NCBI GenBank assembly: GCA_010909165.1
Contig: MU008169.1
Coordinates: 868,001-932,000 of the forward strand
Direction: 5' to 3'
Source of the DNA: Anthoceros angustus
Taxonomy: Eukaryota > Plantae > Anthocerotophyta
DNA: 64,000 nt
This document shows, piece by piece, positions 48,701 to 58,579 of this stretch. The translations under genes were made by a program, and so were the position numbers. Numbering within the stretch: the first letter of the stretch is position 1; each line of letters starts with the position of its first letter. Under the pieces are notes generated by a model. It had not been told where the DNA came from. It saw only the letters and a list, made by a program, of their open reading frames with translations, and did no database searches.

Positions 48701-49466
48701 TGTAGCCTGCAGCTTGATAAGTATGTATGGGGAGTCTGGGAGCACACTTGATGCACAGCAGGTGTTTGAGCGATTGCCCAACAGAAACATCGCTGCCTGG
48801 AATGCACTGCTTGCAGTATACAGCCACCAAGGAGACAGTGAACAGGTCTTTGACTTGGTGCTCAAAATGAGACAGGATGGGATACGGCCGGATGGTATCA
48901 CTTTCGTTTCTCTACTGACGGTCTGCAGTCATGCGGGCCTGGTTAGCAAGGGGCAAGAGTACTTTGAGTCGATGAGCAGAGACTACGGCATCACACCCAC
49001 TGTGGAGCACTACACGTGCATGGTGGATCTCCTGGGCCGGGCAGGCCGACCGGATGACGCTCTGGCTTTCATAATCACAATGCCGTTCCTTCCTGATGCT
49101 GGAGTTTGGTACACTCTGTTGGGTGCTTGTCGGAAGTGGAGCAACGTGGAGGTGGGACAGCATGCTTTCGAGCAAGCAGTGAAGCTGGACGAGAGACACG
49201 CTGCAGCGTATTTGTTGATGTCAAACATATACTGCGGGGCAAAGATGTGGAAGGAGGCTCACGGCTTGCAGACAAGGAGAATCAAAATGAGGGCATGGAA
49301 GCAGCCCGGCCAGAGCTGGTGGACAGGCCTGGACAGACTGGTGCACATCTTCTCGGCTGGGGAGAAGAAGCATCCCAAGAGTCGAGCAAGGCTGAATGAG
49401 ATACTCGGCAAACTGAAAGAAAAAGAATCTGAGCCGGATCTTGACTCGTTACCCGCAGGCATATAG
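45720..49466 (+). CDS. PLS-class PPR protein with E/E+ domains, intronless, about 1250 aa
   Basis: Same triplet architecture as the PPR gene at 40612-44058. It ends WKQPGQSWWTGLDRLVHIFSAGEKKHP..EPDLDSLPAGI*. The start codon is uncertain. Confidence 0.95.
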   Translation: MQEFCRKASRSQRMSGWKGIFQRETFSEALLRRCFRDPTVRRDTSQNRNDMSPHCLYRESHELLWLKMPARRYRKLAVLDVLDGPEPGRPAGYGIGVTAETVSKLCEEGNLTKAVEALGVLVQAGYCVSKALFYAVLKNCVGKRNLVLGRRVHAFTVEIGYQSDTFLCNHILRMYACHGKFHAAMDVFAGVADPDAFTWSCIISAHVKHGQDKQVMQLYRELRRSSVKPDGYVFVAALQACARGADLKSGRELHADVLAGGVEHDLFVCNGLVNMYAKCGNLEDAQRLFDRLGEKDVVTWTSMIAGYSQLGMGQEALDLYCEMREESMAVPNSVTFVCLLQACASVGTPALEEGKQLHEQIRESGYEGDVFVASSLVNMYAKCGSIEDAQGVFDGLGEKNVVTWSAMIAGYFKHGMAEEALYLYSEMQGGGLAVPNSVTFVCLLQGCASVGTAALETGKQLHVEILEQGHQGDVLVANSLVNMYAKCGSLEDAQRVFDGLSQKDVVTWNAVIAGHSQQGQGQQALRLYSAMVEERMVEPNSVTFVCLLQACATLGAQALERGRHLHTQIQERGLQADVFVGNSLVNMYAKCGSLRDAQRVFDGLVRKDVVTWNAMIAQYSQQGMGEEALRLYSAMQEQDELIVPDVVTFVCLLQACACVGTPALEKGKRLHAEIREQGRQVEEFVASSLVNMYAKCGSLQNAQRVFDGLLQKDVVTWNVMISGYSQQGMGQEALRLYGVMQEEGMAVPDSVTFVCLLQACAGMGTRALDKGKQLHQHIREQELEADVFLANSLVNMYSKCGGLEDGRKLFDGLLQKDVVTWNAMISGYSQQGMGQEALCLYSAMQEEGIALASSVTLVCLLQACAIVGSPALEKGKKIHAQIELLGPQADAFLTSSLVNMYVKCGSLEDAQRVFDGLGLKDAVTWSAMIAGYSKHGMGQEALRLYSAMQEEGVVVPSSVTFAFLLQACADVAALQIGRQLHAQIEELGCQTDAFVACSLISMYGESGSTLDAQQVFERLPNRNIAAWNALLAVYSHQGDSEQVFDLVLKMRQDGIRPDGITFVSLLTVCSHAGLVSKGQEYFESMSRDYGITPTVEHYTCMVDLLGRAGRPDDALAFIITMPFLPDAGVWYTLLGACRKWSNVEVGQHAFEQAVKLDERHAAAYLLMSNIYCGAKMWKEAHGLQTRRIKMRAWKQPGQSWWTGLDRLVHIFSAGEKKHPKSRARLNEILGKLKEKESEPDLDSLPAGI

Positions 49467-49835
49467 ATGAGAGAAAGGAAGATGAGTTGTGTAAGCATGC
49501 AGCCACAACCTTGGGATGGCCTTGGGATGGGTGTGCAACAGGAAGGTCTCTGAGGACTCCAGGTCCTGTGCACTCACGGCTGTTTCCTTGTTCAGTGGGG
49601 CTCTGACTTGCTTGGAGAACATGGCTCTTTGATACCCTTTGAGTAAATGGGGCAAGAAGAAGCGAGACACCTCTTTTGATGGTCGTTTCCGGGCATGCCC
49701 CAGGCCTTCTCCCATCCACACAAAGGCCGAAACAGCTGAATAAGATGTATGTACATGTTGATGAGTCCGTGCAGTAACGTTTCAGTGTTCACTTCCCAGG
49801 AGGCTGGCTGGGAGGGATATTGCTGGAGTACAGGT

Positions 49836-51763
49836 CTAATTAGCTCGAATTTCTGGGTGTGACCGCTCTCCAACGGATAGAGCCAAGTCCGTGTCCACGT
49901 TAAGAGAGATGTCCAGGGCTTCTACTGAGTGTGTCAACGCTCCGCTGGTGACCACCAAGACAGTGAGGAAGGTAAGTACTGGGGCTCCAAATGTATACGG
50001 AGGTGGGCGGTGAGTGCTTAGGAGTACCTGGAAATGAAAGTGACCCCGGTTGCTCCAATCTTGTGGACAGATGACAAGGTCACGTTGCCAGAAGCCTAAT
50101 GATTTTAGGGGGCAGAATGTCACCTTGTCAGCCGATGGTTTGGAGGGAGTAGGCTACAACCGCAGAGCAGTGGATAAGTTATACCAACCTCAGTGTCAAT
50201 CCGCCCATTGATGAGTTGCAGAGCTTCCTCGAGCATGGATACATCTACATCTCCGTCCGGAAGTCGGACGACCATGTTGTCCAGCATAATTCGTGTTACT
50301 CTTCCTACTCCCTTGTCTCGGCATTGGAGTACTTCTCTCACTTCGTCTAGAGTTCTTGTTTCTACCTGCACGTGGTTGTAGCACATGAAGACTGAACTGG
50401 GTCTTCTTCCAAAGAGATATTGCGTTGGTGCAGAAGCTGGTAAACTGGCTAGTACCTCGACGCCAATGTCGAGGTTACGCTCCTTGAGGTACTTTTCAAC
50501 TGCAGAGATGGCTTGACTTATCCCACCTGCTACAGCGATATGGTTGTCCTTCACCATCACCATGTCAAAGAGGCCCATTCGGTGATTCTCTCCACCACCT
50601 ATCAATACCTGCACTAGCTTTCTCAGCTATTGTGTGCTTACATGCCAGAAAGTGTGCACAGGGAGCAAGGTAAGAACTTCAACTGACCGCCCACTTATCA
50701 ATTAGCCTCAAGCCCGGCACAGTCTTCCTCGTTTCCAGCATCCGGGCTGGTGTGGCGGCGTCTACCATCTTCTGCTCATCCACTAACATCAGCAGGGCGC
50801 AGATTGAGTGCAGCTTTCTGAACAAGCACAAGTGAGGGTTTGGAGTACCCTTGTATTAGTGGCAATGCCGCTCATGCGCTGCATGAAGTTGAGCACGACT
50901 CTCTCTGCCAGAAGAATGCTTCTTGCACTCCCTGCGAATAGCATGCTCTAAGTTCATGAACCAACTTCACCTTTGCTCATCAGCACAAGAGCTGCGAGGA
51001 TACATCACACACTCACCACGCACGACACCAAACTGCTGCCCCTTGCGTATCCAATCCCCATCCTGAACACTCCATTCAATCTGCCACTCAGCAAGTTCCA
51101 CATCCTTAGCTCCATGAAGTGACACAGTTTGCAGGAAGAGAAGGTCAATAATGGGCAGCACGTTTCACCTGCAGCTGCTGATCCACCTCCTGGAAAACCA
51201 GATTCGCCATGGCAATGCCAGCTATCACTCCATCAGCTTTAGCCAGGAACTGAGCCTCGGCTTCCACCTCTTGGGAGATGGTGGCCAAGCAGGTGACATC
51301 ACCTGCAGGCGGGAACTAGGTTTAGCAGGAATTCTCATCTTGCTCGGTTGCCACACCCTGAATCCAGTGCAATGGAAAAGGACCTTGATCTCCGGCATCC
51401 TCTGCAAGGGCCAGCTTGATCACTTGTTGCACGTCGTATGTTGGGTGAGCAGGAGGAGGTATGGGGGACCTGGGATGCGATGTCTTGGTGCCAGGCTCTG
51501 CAACAGCTGAAGCTGAACATCTGCGGCAAAATGCATGATTAGAAGCTGGAGTGCCGCGCCCAGACGGGCGCATATCACCCACCACATTCAGCTTCCCACC
51601 TTACAATTTGCACTTTCGCCGACCAAACCAGACGCGGGGCAGCAATCGCGTCTGCTCTCCAGGTCGGGAAGCTACCAGAATGCTTCAACCATCCGGCCCT
51701 TTCCTGTTGGTGGAAACCAAACTGAGATGTCCATAAGCCTCTTCTCACATTCAGCGCCCCCAT
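49836..51763 (-). CDS. QPT: Quinolinate phosphoribosyltransferase (nicotinate-nucleotide pyrophosphorylase), multi-exon
   Basis: Exons give [88 protein letters not shown] and [15 protein letters not shown]. Transit-peptide exon is 51763-51600. Confidence 0.96.
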
Positions 51764-51839
51764 CCTCGTTTAGAACCCCCTGGCGCTTTCCTTCTGATTC
51801 CAAACCCCTCGTACAGGAAGGGGAAGGTTGCCCGGACAA

Positions 51840-52260
51840 TATGTTGCATAAACTCCTTCCGGACATTATGTTGCATAAACTCCTTCCTGGAAGACTGATC
51901 CTTCCTCTCTTTCCTTCCAGGAAGACTGATCCTTCCTCCTCCCAATTCGTGCATCCCAATGGTGGTGTGTGTGAAATTCATCTCCTTCCTCGAAAGCTGA
52001 TCCTTCCTCCAACATTGGGATGCACGCCAATGCCATACCAATGGTGTGGTGCTATGTGTGAAATAGGATGGTGTGGAGCTATGTGTGAAAGCCACTGCCA
52101 TCCTAACGATAGTGTGGTGCTATGTGTGAGCGCCACTGCCATCCCAACCAATGATGTGATGCTATGTGTGAAAGCCACTGCCATGTCAATGGTGCTATTG
52201 GTGTGAAAGCCACTCCTATCCCAATAGTGCCATGCCATTTGAGCTATGTGTGAAACCCCA
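51840..52260. repeat. Two adjacent degenerate minisatellites upstream of QPT
   Basis: atgttgcataaactccttcc occurs twice and ggaagactgatccttcctc about 3 times (51840-52010). A unit of about 42 bp, gtggtgctatgtgtgaaagccactgccatccc, occurs about 5 times (52045-52260). Confidence 0.8.
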
Positions 52261-52482
52261 ATGGTGCTATCACATCAATGGTGCTGTCACACTAAGTATG
52301 TATGCGAGACCGGCCTGATCTCAGCCTTGGCAGCTGTCGCGCCATCGCGTATCGTAGTCGTTATTTCGCGCCGAATATGGCACCAAGAAAGACCTTCCAT
52401 GGCAACCCCGGCCGCAAGGATGGCCGTAGCCACGGCCACAGTGCGCGACGCAAAACATGCCGACTAGCATACATTCTTGTGT

Positions 52483-52960
52483 CTAAATGAAGAAGGAATT
52501 AGATGCAAGCTCTAGCGTGGCAGACAATACAGCCATGATCCCTAACACCAGCAGCAGAAAGCGGAAATGCCGATGTCCACTGCAAGGTCGGACGAGTAGG
52601 ATGCGCATGAGCAAAGAAACGATTGTGGCCAGTAGACCACCATAGGAAATAGGGTAGAGCCACGGCAAATTCATTCCTAGTGGCGGCGACGATGGTTTAA
52701 ACGCGAAGCCAGGTGGGAACCGGACCAACCCAGCCACGCCAGAGTGGGAGTATCAGACTTGCCGCTTCTCTTGCCACTCGGATTATTACAGACGGTGGAG
52801 CGGCCAGCCCAGACTCCTGCCTTTGTATTCACTCCAACTCCAACTTGTGTCTCAGCTCCAACCTGTGTCTCTTCCCCATCGCCAACCTTTATCTCGAGTC
52901 CCGCATATGCCACCAACGATTGATTTTCCGCCCGAGCCCCGGAATCGGCAAGATGAGATT
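52483..52960 (-). pseudogene. Frameshifted paralogue of the (VGGETQ)n membrane-protein gene
   Basis: KVGDGEETQVGAETQVGVGV, then PPSVIIRVAREAASLILP in a second frame, then SPPLGMNLPWLYPISYG in a third frame. These match the protein at 54920-56127. Confidence 0.75.
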
Positions 52961-53214
52961 TTCCGCCAAGAATCCCTGATAGCTCTCTCACGTGTTCCGC
53001 CCCGGAATCCCTAATAACTCCCACACTCAAACAAGCTCCTCCCTGCCTGGCTAGTGCGGAGCAGCGAGATATGGTATCGATTGCATGAAGATGGAAACCT
53101 ATCCGATTGTGCATGCATCCTCATGCATACATCTTCATCCTACATATCAGGATTGTGCATGCATGTACAGAAGGCATCGAGCATCGATTGTGCATGCCGG
53201 CTTCATGCAGTGTC

Positions 53215-53342
53215 TATGAGCAGAGACTAGGGCATCACACCCACTGTGAAGCACTGCACATGCATAGTGGATCTACTGCGCTGCACAGGCCAACTGGATG
53301 ACACCCTAGCTTACATAAGCACAATGCCGTTACATCCTGATT
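53215..53342 (+). pseudogene. Short PPR S2-motif fragment derived from the 45720-49466 type of gene
   Basis: gcagagactagggcatcacacccactgtgaagcactgcacatgcatagtggatct matches 48976-49030. Confidence 0.8.
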
Positions 53343-53890
53343 TGTGTAAGCACATCACTCACATTTGCGGTAAACAATATCATCAATCTGAAATCGCAAC
53401 GGCTTGTGTCGATTTCACACTTGCCTGAAGCACATGTCGACAGGAAAGCTCCCGATGAGCCACAGGCATCTGTTGTTGAGTATACTGGAGATCTTGAATG
53501 AGCTGGCCAGATCGAAGGGGCTCGTTGACTGACGAGAGTGTGCATTTCCATTGCCACATTGTTTGGGGAATTCTTGCCACTTTTTAGGTTTTAATTCTGG
53601 CCCTGGATATTAAAGGCTGCGCCGCCATGCGCATCCCCAAACACCCAGTTAGTGCATTTTGGCGTCGCGACCTGGGGGTGACGGCGCGGGCTTCCATCAG
53701 AACCCATGGCGACCGTGGACGGCGCTGGAGCTCGTCGGCAAACAGTGCAGAGGTAAGGGACAATGCGGAGCTGGGCAGTTGCCAGAATGCGATGTACTGA
53801 GCTTTTATGTGGGAATTTTTGTGGGCGTCAGCGCTGCAGCAAGGTGGGCGAGCTCGGGGGAAGGATTGGTGAGCAAAGTTTGCAAACCTT

Positions 53891-54604
53891 GTGTTGCATG
53901 CTGAACTCACATCGTTTCTTCTTCCAGCCGGAAAGAATCCAAGAAGTGGCGCAACTGGAATAGGATTTTCAGGCGTTAGTACCAGCCATGGAAGCCAATG
54001 GTACCGGGAACTGGATTTGCTTCTGCGTTTTGCGGAGCGCCATCACGGCAAATGCGAGATTGACCATTTCCCTGGAGCAGTCAAGGACCTGTACGACGCT
54101 CAAGCACGAGGACAGACTGGGCAGCCATGGCGGTGGACAGCGTTTTGTGAGGCTGCGTACCGGGTCATAGAATGCCATTTGTTTCTCGACCAGGGGTTCG
54201 ACAACTGGCCTGAGATGATCGGCCCGATATATGTCGCCGGAGGATATCCACAAGACTTCAGGGACTTCAAGGCATGGCTCGCACGGTTGCATGGTTCCGG
54301 CGTGACGTGCCGTGTGGAGGGATGGCCCATGAAATTCTATCCTTTGATCGACTTCTTGCAGGAGGGGCAAACTTCTAGGACTGGGGAGAACGTGGCTGTG
54401 TTCAAGTGTCTCAACAGCCAGACAAGGCTGTTGATGCCCAACAATACCTGCAAATTTAAAGTGAGTTTGCTGGCCGGCAGCGAGGACAGCGACCACGACG
54501 AGGACAGCCTCGAAGAGGACGAAGCGAGCTCATCTGGGAAGGAGGAAGCGAGCTCATCTGAGAAGCAGGAAGCCACGTTAGATGAGCAGGAAGCAGCCAT
54601 GTGA
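53891..54604 (+). CDS. Orphan ORF with a globular-looking core and acidic C-terminal tail
   Basis: 237-codon open frame with protein-like composition, an acidic tail (EDSDHDEDSLEEDE) and a candidate acceptor at 53927. The upstream donor (53753) gives no in-frame ATG that I can find. Confidence 0.5.
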   Translation: MLHAELTSFLLPAGKNPRSGATGIGFSGVSTSHGSQWYRELDLLLRFAERHHGKCEIDHFPGAVKDLYDAQARGQTGQPWRWTAFCEAAYRVIECHLFLDQGFDNWPEMIGPIYVAGGYPQDFRDFKAWLARLHGSGVTCRVEGWPMKFYPLIDFLQEGQTSRTGENVAVFKCLNSQTRLLMPNNTCKFKVSLLAGSEDSDHDEDSLEEDEASSSGKEEASSSEKQEATLDEQEAAM

Positions 54605-54919
54605 GATGACGGCGAAGACGCAGAAGGCGATTGATTTCGCGTCAGTTTTGCTTTATATCTTTCTCAAGGTCCCTCAGAATGCCGATAGGGTGCACCGTTT
54701 TGATGCATCCTGATCGCGGACGGGTCACGAGCCCATGGTGACTTTCGTCCTGTCTTCTCAGTCCAACTGGATACGCTTTGGGATCCTAGAGAGGAAGCAG
54801 GTAGCTAGATTCTGCACGGTTCAAGCTGCTTCATTGATTGACATCCCGCAATGTGCAAAAAAGCAGCTCACGGATGACAATCCTCTAAGTGTTACTCTTA
54901 GTACCGATCAGTGAAGATC

Positions 54920-56127
54920 TCAGTCTTCCTTCGGATTCAAGGAATCGGCATCTTTGCTCCACCTCTGCCTCACCTCGTGCCTCTGCATCGACTCGACCTC
55001 CCGAAGGCCTCTCACTTTCTCTTCAAGGCCTCGAACGGCCCGTAGGGTAAATAGCCTCTCATTGACTTCAGCCGCAGATTCTTGAGACACCAACTCGAGA
55101 AGCCTTTCGAAGGAGATTCCGCCCGTGACCAAGTTTTTGGAGTCCAATGAACCTGTTTCAATGGCACACATGAACAACAATGGTAAAAGATTCAAGAGCA
55201 AGCTTCAAAACTCATGGCATATTGGCCAGGCAACACTCAGGCAACTGGGTGTATGGAGATTCTCAGACAGGAGAAAAACTGGACAATAAGTTACCAACAG
55301 ACGTTTCAGTGCTTACCAGACGGCTCGGTGTTCGCAGCTTTCAGGTCCGCCTCCCTCGCAGCTCTCAGCTCGGCCGCCGCAGCTCTGGCGCCAGCACGTA
55401 GGGAAGTCGTCATTTCGCCCCAACGAATTAGACAACCTTCCTTATATCGCCCACGGAAGCCCGCCGGATCGTAAAATGAATCGAAGATGAAGACGGCCGT
55501 AAGACAAGCCGCTAGCAACGGTATGCTCCATGCGTTGTATAGTACACTTAGTTGTGTCCAACACAATAAGACAAAACTTACATAACCTATGGTGGCAAAC
55601 AACCACCCAAATATGTGCGCTACCATCAGCGCCAGAATGCGGGAATACCCATCTCTGCTAGGTTGGTAGAGTAACATGCCCAACATGTGAATTGAATTGC
55701 CTGCAGCCATTGCGCTAGCACCGTGGGAAATGGAGTAGAGCCATGGATAACTCATTTCAAACGGTGGCGACCGTAATCGGGTGAGCGCTGACAAGAATAC
55801 GGCACTGGGGAGTATGATAGTTACCACTTGGTTTGCCACTTCGGTTAGAAACGGTGAAAGGGTGAGCAAATACTCCAGCAGATCGTAGGTTTCAACCTGT
55901 GTCGATACTCCAACTCCAACCTGTGTCTCTCCTCCAACCTGTGTCTCTCCTCCAACCTGTGTCGCTCCTCCAACCTGTGTCGCTCCTCCAACCTGTGTCT
56001 CTCCTCCAACCTGTGTCTCTCCTCCACCCTTTGTCTCTCCTCCAACCTGTGTCTCTCCTCCAACCTGTGTCTCTCCTCCAACCTGTGTCTCTTCTCCAAC
56101 CTTCATCCCCATTCCTGCTTCTGCCAT
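54920..56127 (-). CDS. Uncharacterised multi-pass membrane protein: N-terminal hexapeptide repeats, about 4-5 TM segments, C-terminal coiled coil; about 347 aa, 2 exons
   Basis: Exon 1 is 56127-55317 and exon 2 is 55152-54920, with a phase-1 gtaagc...aacag intron that joins two separately listed ORFs in frame. Confidence 0.7.
55915..56101 (-). repeat. 18-bp coding minisatellite, 10 units, (VGGETQ)n
   Basis: Unit ccaacctgtgtctctcct on the + strand. Confidence 0.95.
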
Positions 56128-56701
56128 AATCAATCCCGCATCTGGAATCTGCTAGTCCTTCCCCCAAGAAACTCTAATAGCCCGCTCACAGCTTCCGCCC
56201 CGGAATCCCTAATAGCTCTTTCCTCGAGCAAGCTCCTGCCCCACCTCTCACGTTGCCTGCTCCCCACAAGCGCTCCACGACAGCGCTGCCACAGCAAATT
56301 TGGATGCTTCCAATTCTTGGGCAGCTCCGGGCTTTTATTTAAGGGTATCGATTGTGCGTCACAATCCGACAGTGTGACTTTTGATGTGCTATAATTGGAG
56401 ACACCTATAAATAGAATCCTTTTTAAATGGAAACCTATCTGAAATTGGGATCTCCATCCTTTTCGTTGAATGTATAAGAGAGCTACATATGTACAGAAGA
56501 AGGGAAAAATCTAATAATATTGTGTGGGTTCCTCTCGTCACCGAATGCGTACCTAAAACCCTAGTCGTGCTCGGTTTTCATTTGTGCCTACCAAGGCGAA
56601 GTATGCACCATGCTCCCGGGGCAACGTGTTGCTGGCGCGTCTGAATTCTGAATGTGGTTTGGCCGAGAAGGAAGGCCAGCCATGAGAGGGAAATATATCT
56701 T

Positions 56702-57510
56702 CAGTCTGCCTGCACCAGAACTCCCAAAGCCTCAATACCCTGAGGGAGACGATCCTCTTCACATAGCGTTCTCACTTTCTCGCTGTTAAGGCTCGTCGTA
56801 TTCTGCAGGCCTGTAGGTCTGCGAAGCCAATCAGTGGCTCTACTTCGTGGCTTGCTTCCGTGACATTAGGTGTGGGGGAGCTCTTCCTATATTACCTCGT
56901 GCCCTCCAGACAGCCCTGCATTCCAGGAGCATAGATTGCCTGGGGCTCCCACCGATCGGTGAGAACAACAATGCTTTTCAATGACCCACTGAGCGTGCGG
57001 GGCAGGCTAGGTGGACCAACAACCTGAGTACTCGCTTCCAGGCTGCCACACTTGGCGTACATGTCCACCAAGGAATTACAATTACAGATAAACCGATCAT
57101 GCTGAAATCAGCTTGTAGCTCTTGTCCAGTTCGCAAGTCTGCTCCCCTTGCACAAGCCTGAAGTGTTGCCACAAACACATGGACATCTGGCTTCGCATCT
57201 GACCTCCGCATTTGATGATGCCGTTGGATAGCCTGCTTGTCTTGTCCCTCTGACATGCGCAGAAGTAATGGAAGACCAGATGAAGGCCACCGCACTGCGC
57301 GGCACATCAATTCAGTGACATTCGTGTGCCTCCTGCAGGGATGGGCAAGTGTGGGCACTGCCGCTTTAGAAACGGGGAAGCAGCTTCACGTGGAAATTTT
57401 GGAACAAGGACATGTGCTTGTAGCAAACAGTTTGGTCAAAATGTATGCGAAGTGTGGCAGCCTAGAGGATGCTCAAAGAGTGTTTGATGGACTCTGTCAA
57501 AAGGATGTGG
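56702..57510. pseudogene. Chimeric insertion of three PPR gene fragments
   Basis: 56702-57027 matches 43789-44109, 57036-57288 matches 43317-43580, and 57310-57510 matches 47025-47235 (with a 9-nt deletion). Confidence 0.88.
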
Positions 57511-58140
57511 ACACAGAATGTCTCCCCCCTGCTCCTGCACTCCCTGCACAATGTAGTCAGTGCCAGGTGTAGGCGGTATATATCGGGGAGGAAGTTCATG
57601 CCCTCCAAGCCCTTCGCATAGGCTTGTCCCTCGCGACATGCAGTTCCTGCACGGCCCATAACAGTGGCACACACGTTTGAGTATCGAGTAGCTGCAATGC
57701 TCAAGGGATGGAACCTTACAAGACGGAAAATAGCTGCAACCTACACACACAAAGACAAGTGTGCTGCAGCCGAAGACTCACCTCGGACAACAGCTCAATC
57801 ACGCCTAGCGGTGGCATCTCGAGGGCCACGCTCTGTGCATATTGAGGACCACAGACATCGAACTCCTCGCCATCGTCCTCCGCAGTCCCATATGTAGGTG
57901 GCTGCACCCGCCCTTGGAGCCGAGCCTCTTCCTGGAATGCTATTGCAGGCACATGGCCAAGGATGTCCCTGTCCGCGGCCCTTATCCTACGCACCCTGCG
58001 CCTATTCCACACGTGCCTCCAACGTTCCAGCTCCGCCCTCATGGTGGGCATGAAGGTGACATGCAGGGAATGGATGTGCCAGGGGTTGGTGATGTCCAAT
58101 TCGCTACTCCTCACCAAATCCATCATGTACCCCTTCAAAA
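57511..58140 (-). mobile_element. 5'-truncated integrase-core-type (IS481EU-like) transposase remnant
   Basis: LDITNPWHIHSLHVTFMPTMRAELERWRHVWNRRRVR fits the LD..N..H..LH..F.P.i...L..f...WN.h..R pattern I recall for this family. A probable second exon lies at about 57700-57511. No N-terminal DDE residues are visible. Confidence 0.5.
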
Positions 58141-58490
58141 CTAGAGAGAGGGGTTTTTAGACGTCTGTTCGTTTTACAACGTGGGTTTTCAGCCCATGTA
58201 TTATTTTTGTATAGATTTTTGCACTTTACAACATGGGTTTGATGTTTTACAATGTGGGGTATTTTTTTACGGTATATTTTGACAACGTGGCACTCTTTAG
58301 GAGCTTTTACAATGAGGGTTTGCAAGATTACAACAAACTATAGTTTTCAATATGGGGTTTATACAACGCGGGCTGCCATAATTACAACACAATGTCTATT
58401 TACAACGATAGCGGGTGTTTTACAACTCAGGGTTTATAACGTCGTCTACTCTAATTACAACACGGTATCTTTTACAACATCAGATGACTC
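58141..58490. repeat. Degenerate short tandem array (tttacaacg/atggg), transposon-subterminal-like
   Basis: About 12 loosely spaced t(t)acaac motifs. Confidence 0.6.
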
Positions 58491-58579
58491 CGATGGTAAT
58501 GGCAGATTGTGGTTGCTCTTTGGTTGCAGATGGGATTGACAACAATGCTAATAGCTGCTTGATGGGTTGGGGGTTGCAG

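Noticed and set aside
40614-49719. Many Cys/His-rich ORFs antisense to the PPR genes
   Set aside because: They are shadow frames of repetitive PPR codons.
21307-51763. Possible metabolic cluster (ENR, dapB, QPT all plastid and NAD(P)H-linked)
   Set aside because: They belong to different pathways and are interspersed with unrelated genes. This is expected by chance in a compact genome.
55845-56167. Alternative-frame ORFs (LEERHR)n, (WRRDTG)n and (LLQPVS)n
   Set aside because: The 18-bp unit has no stop in these frames. Only the VGGETQ frame continues into a conserved hydrophobic region.
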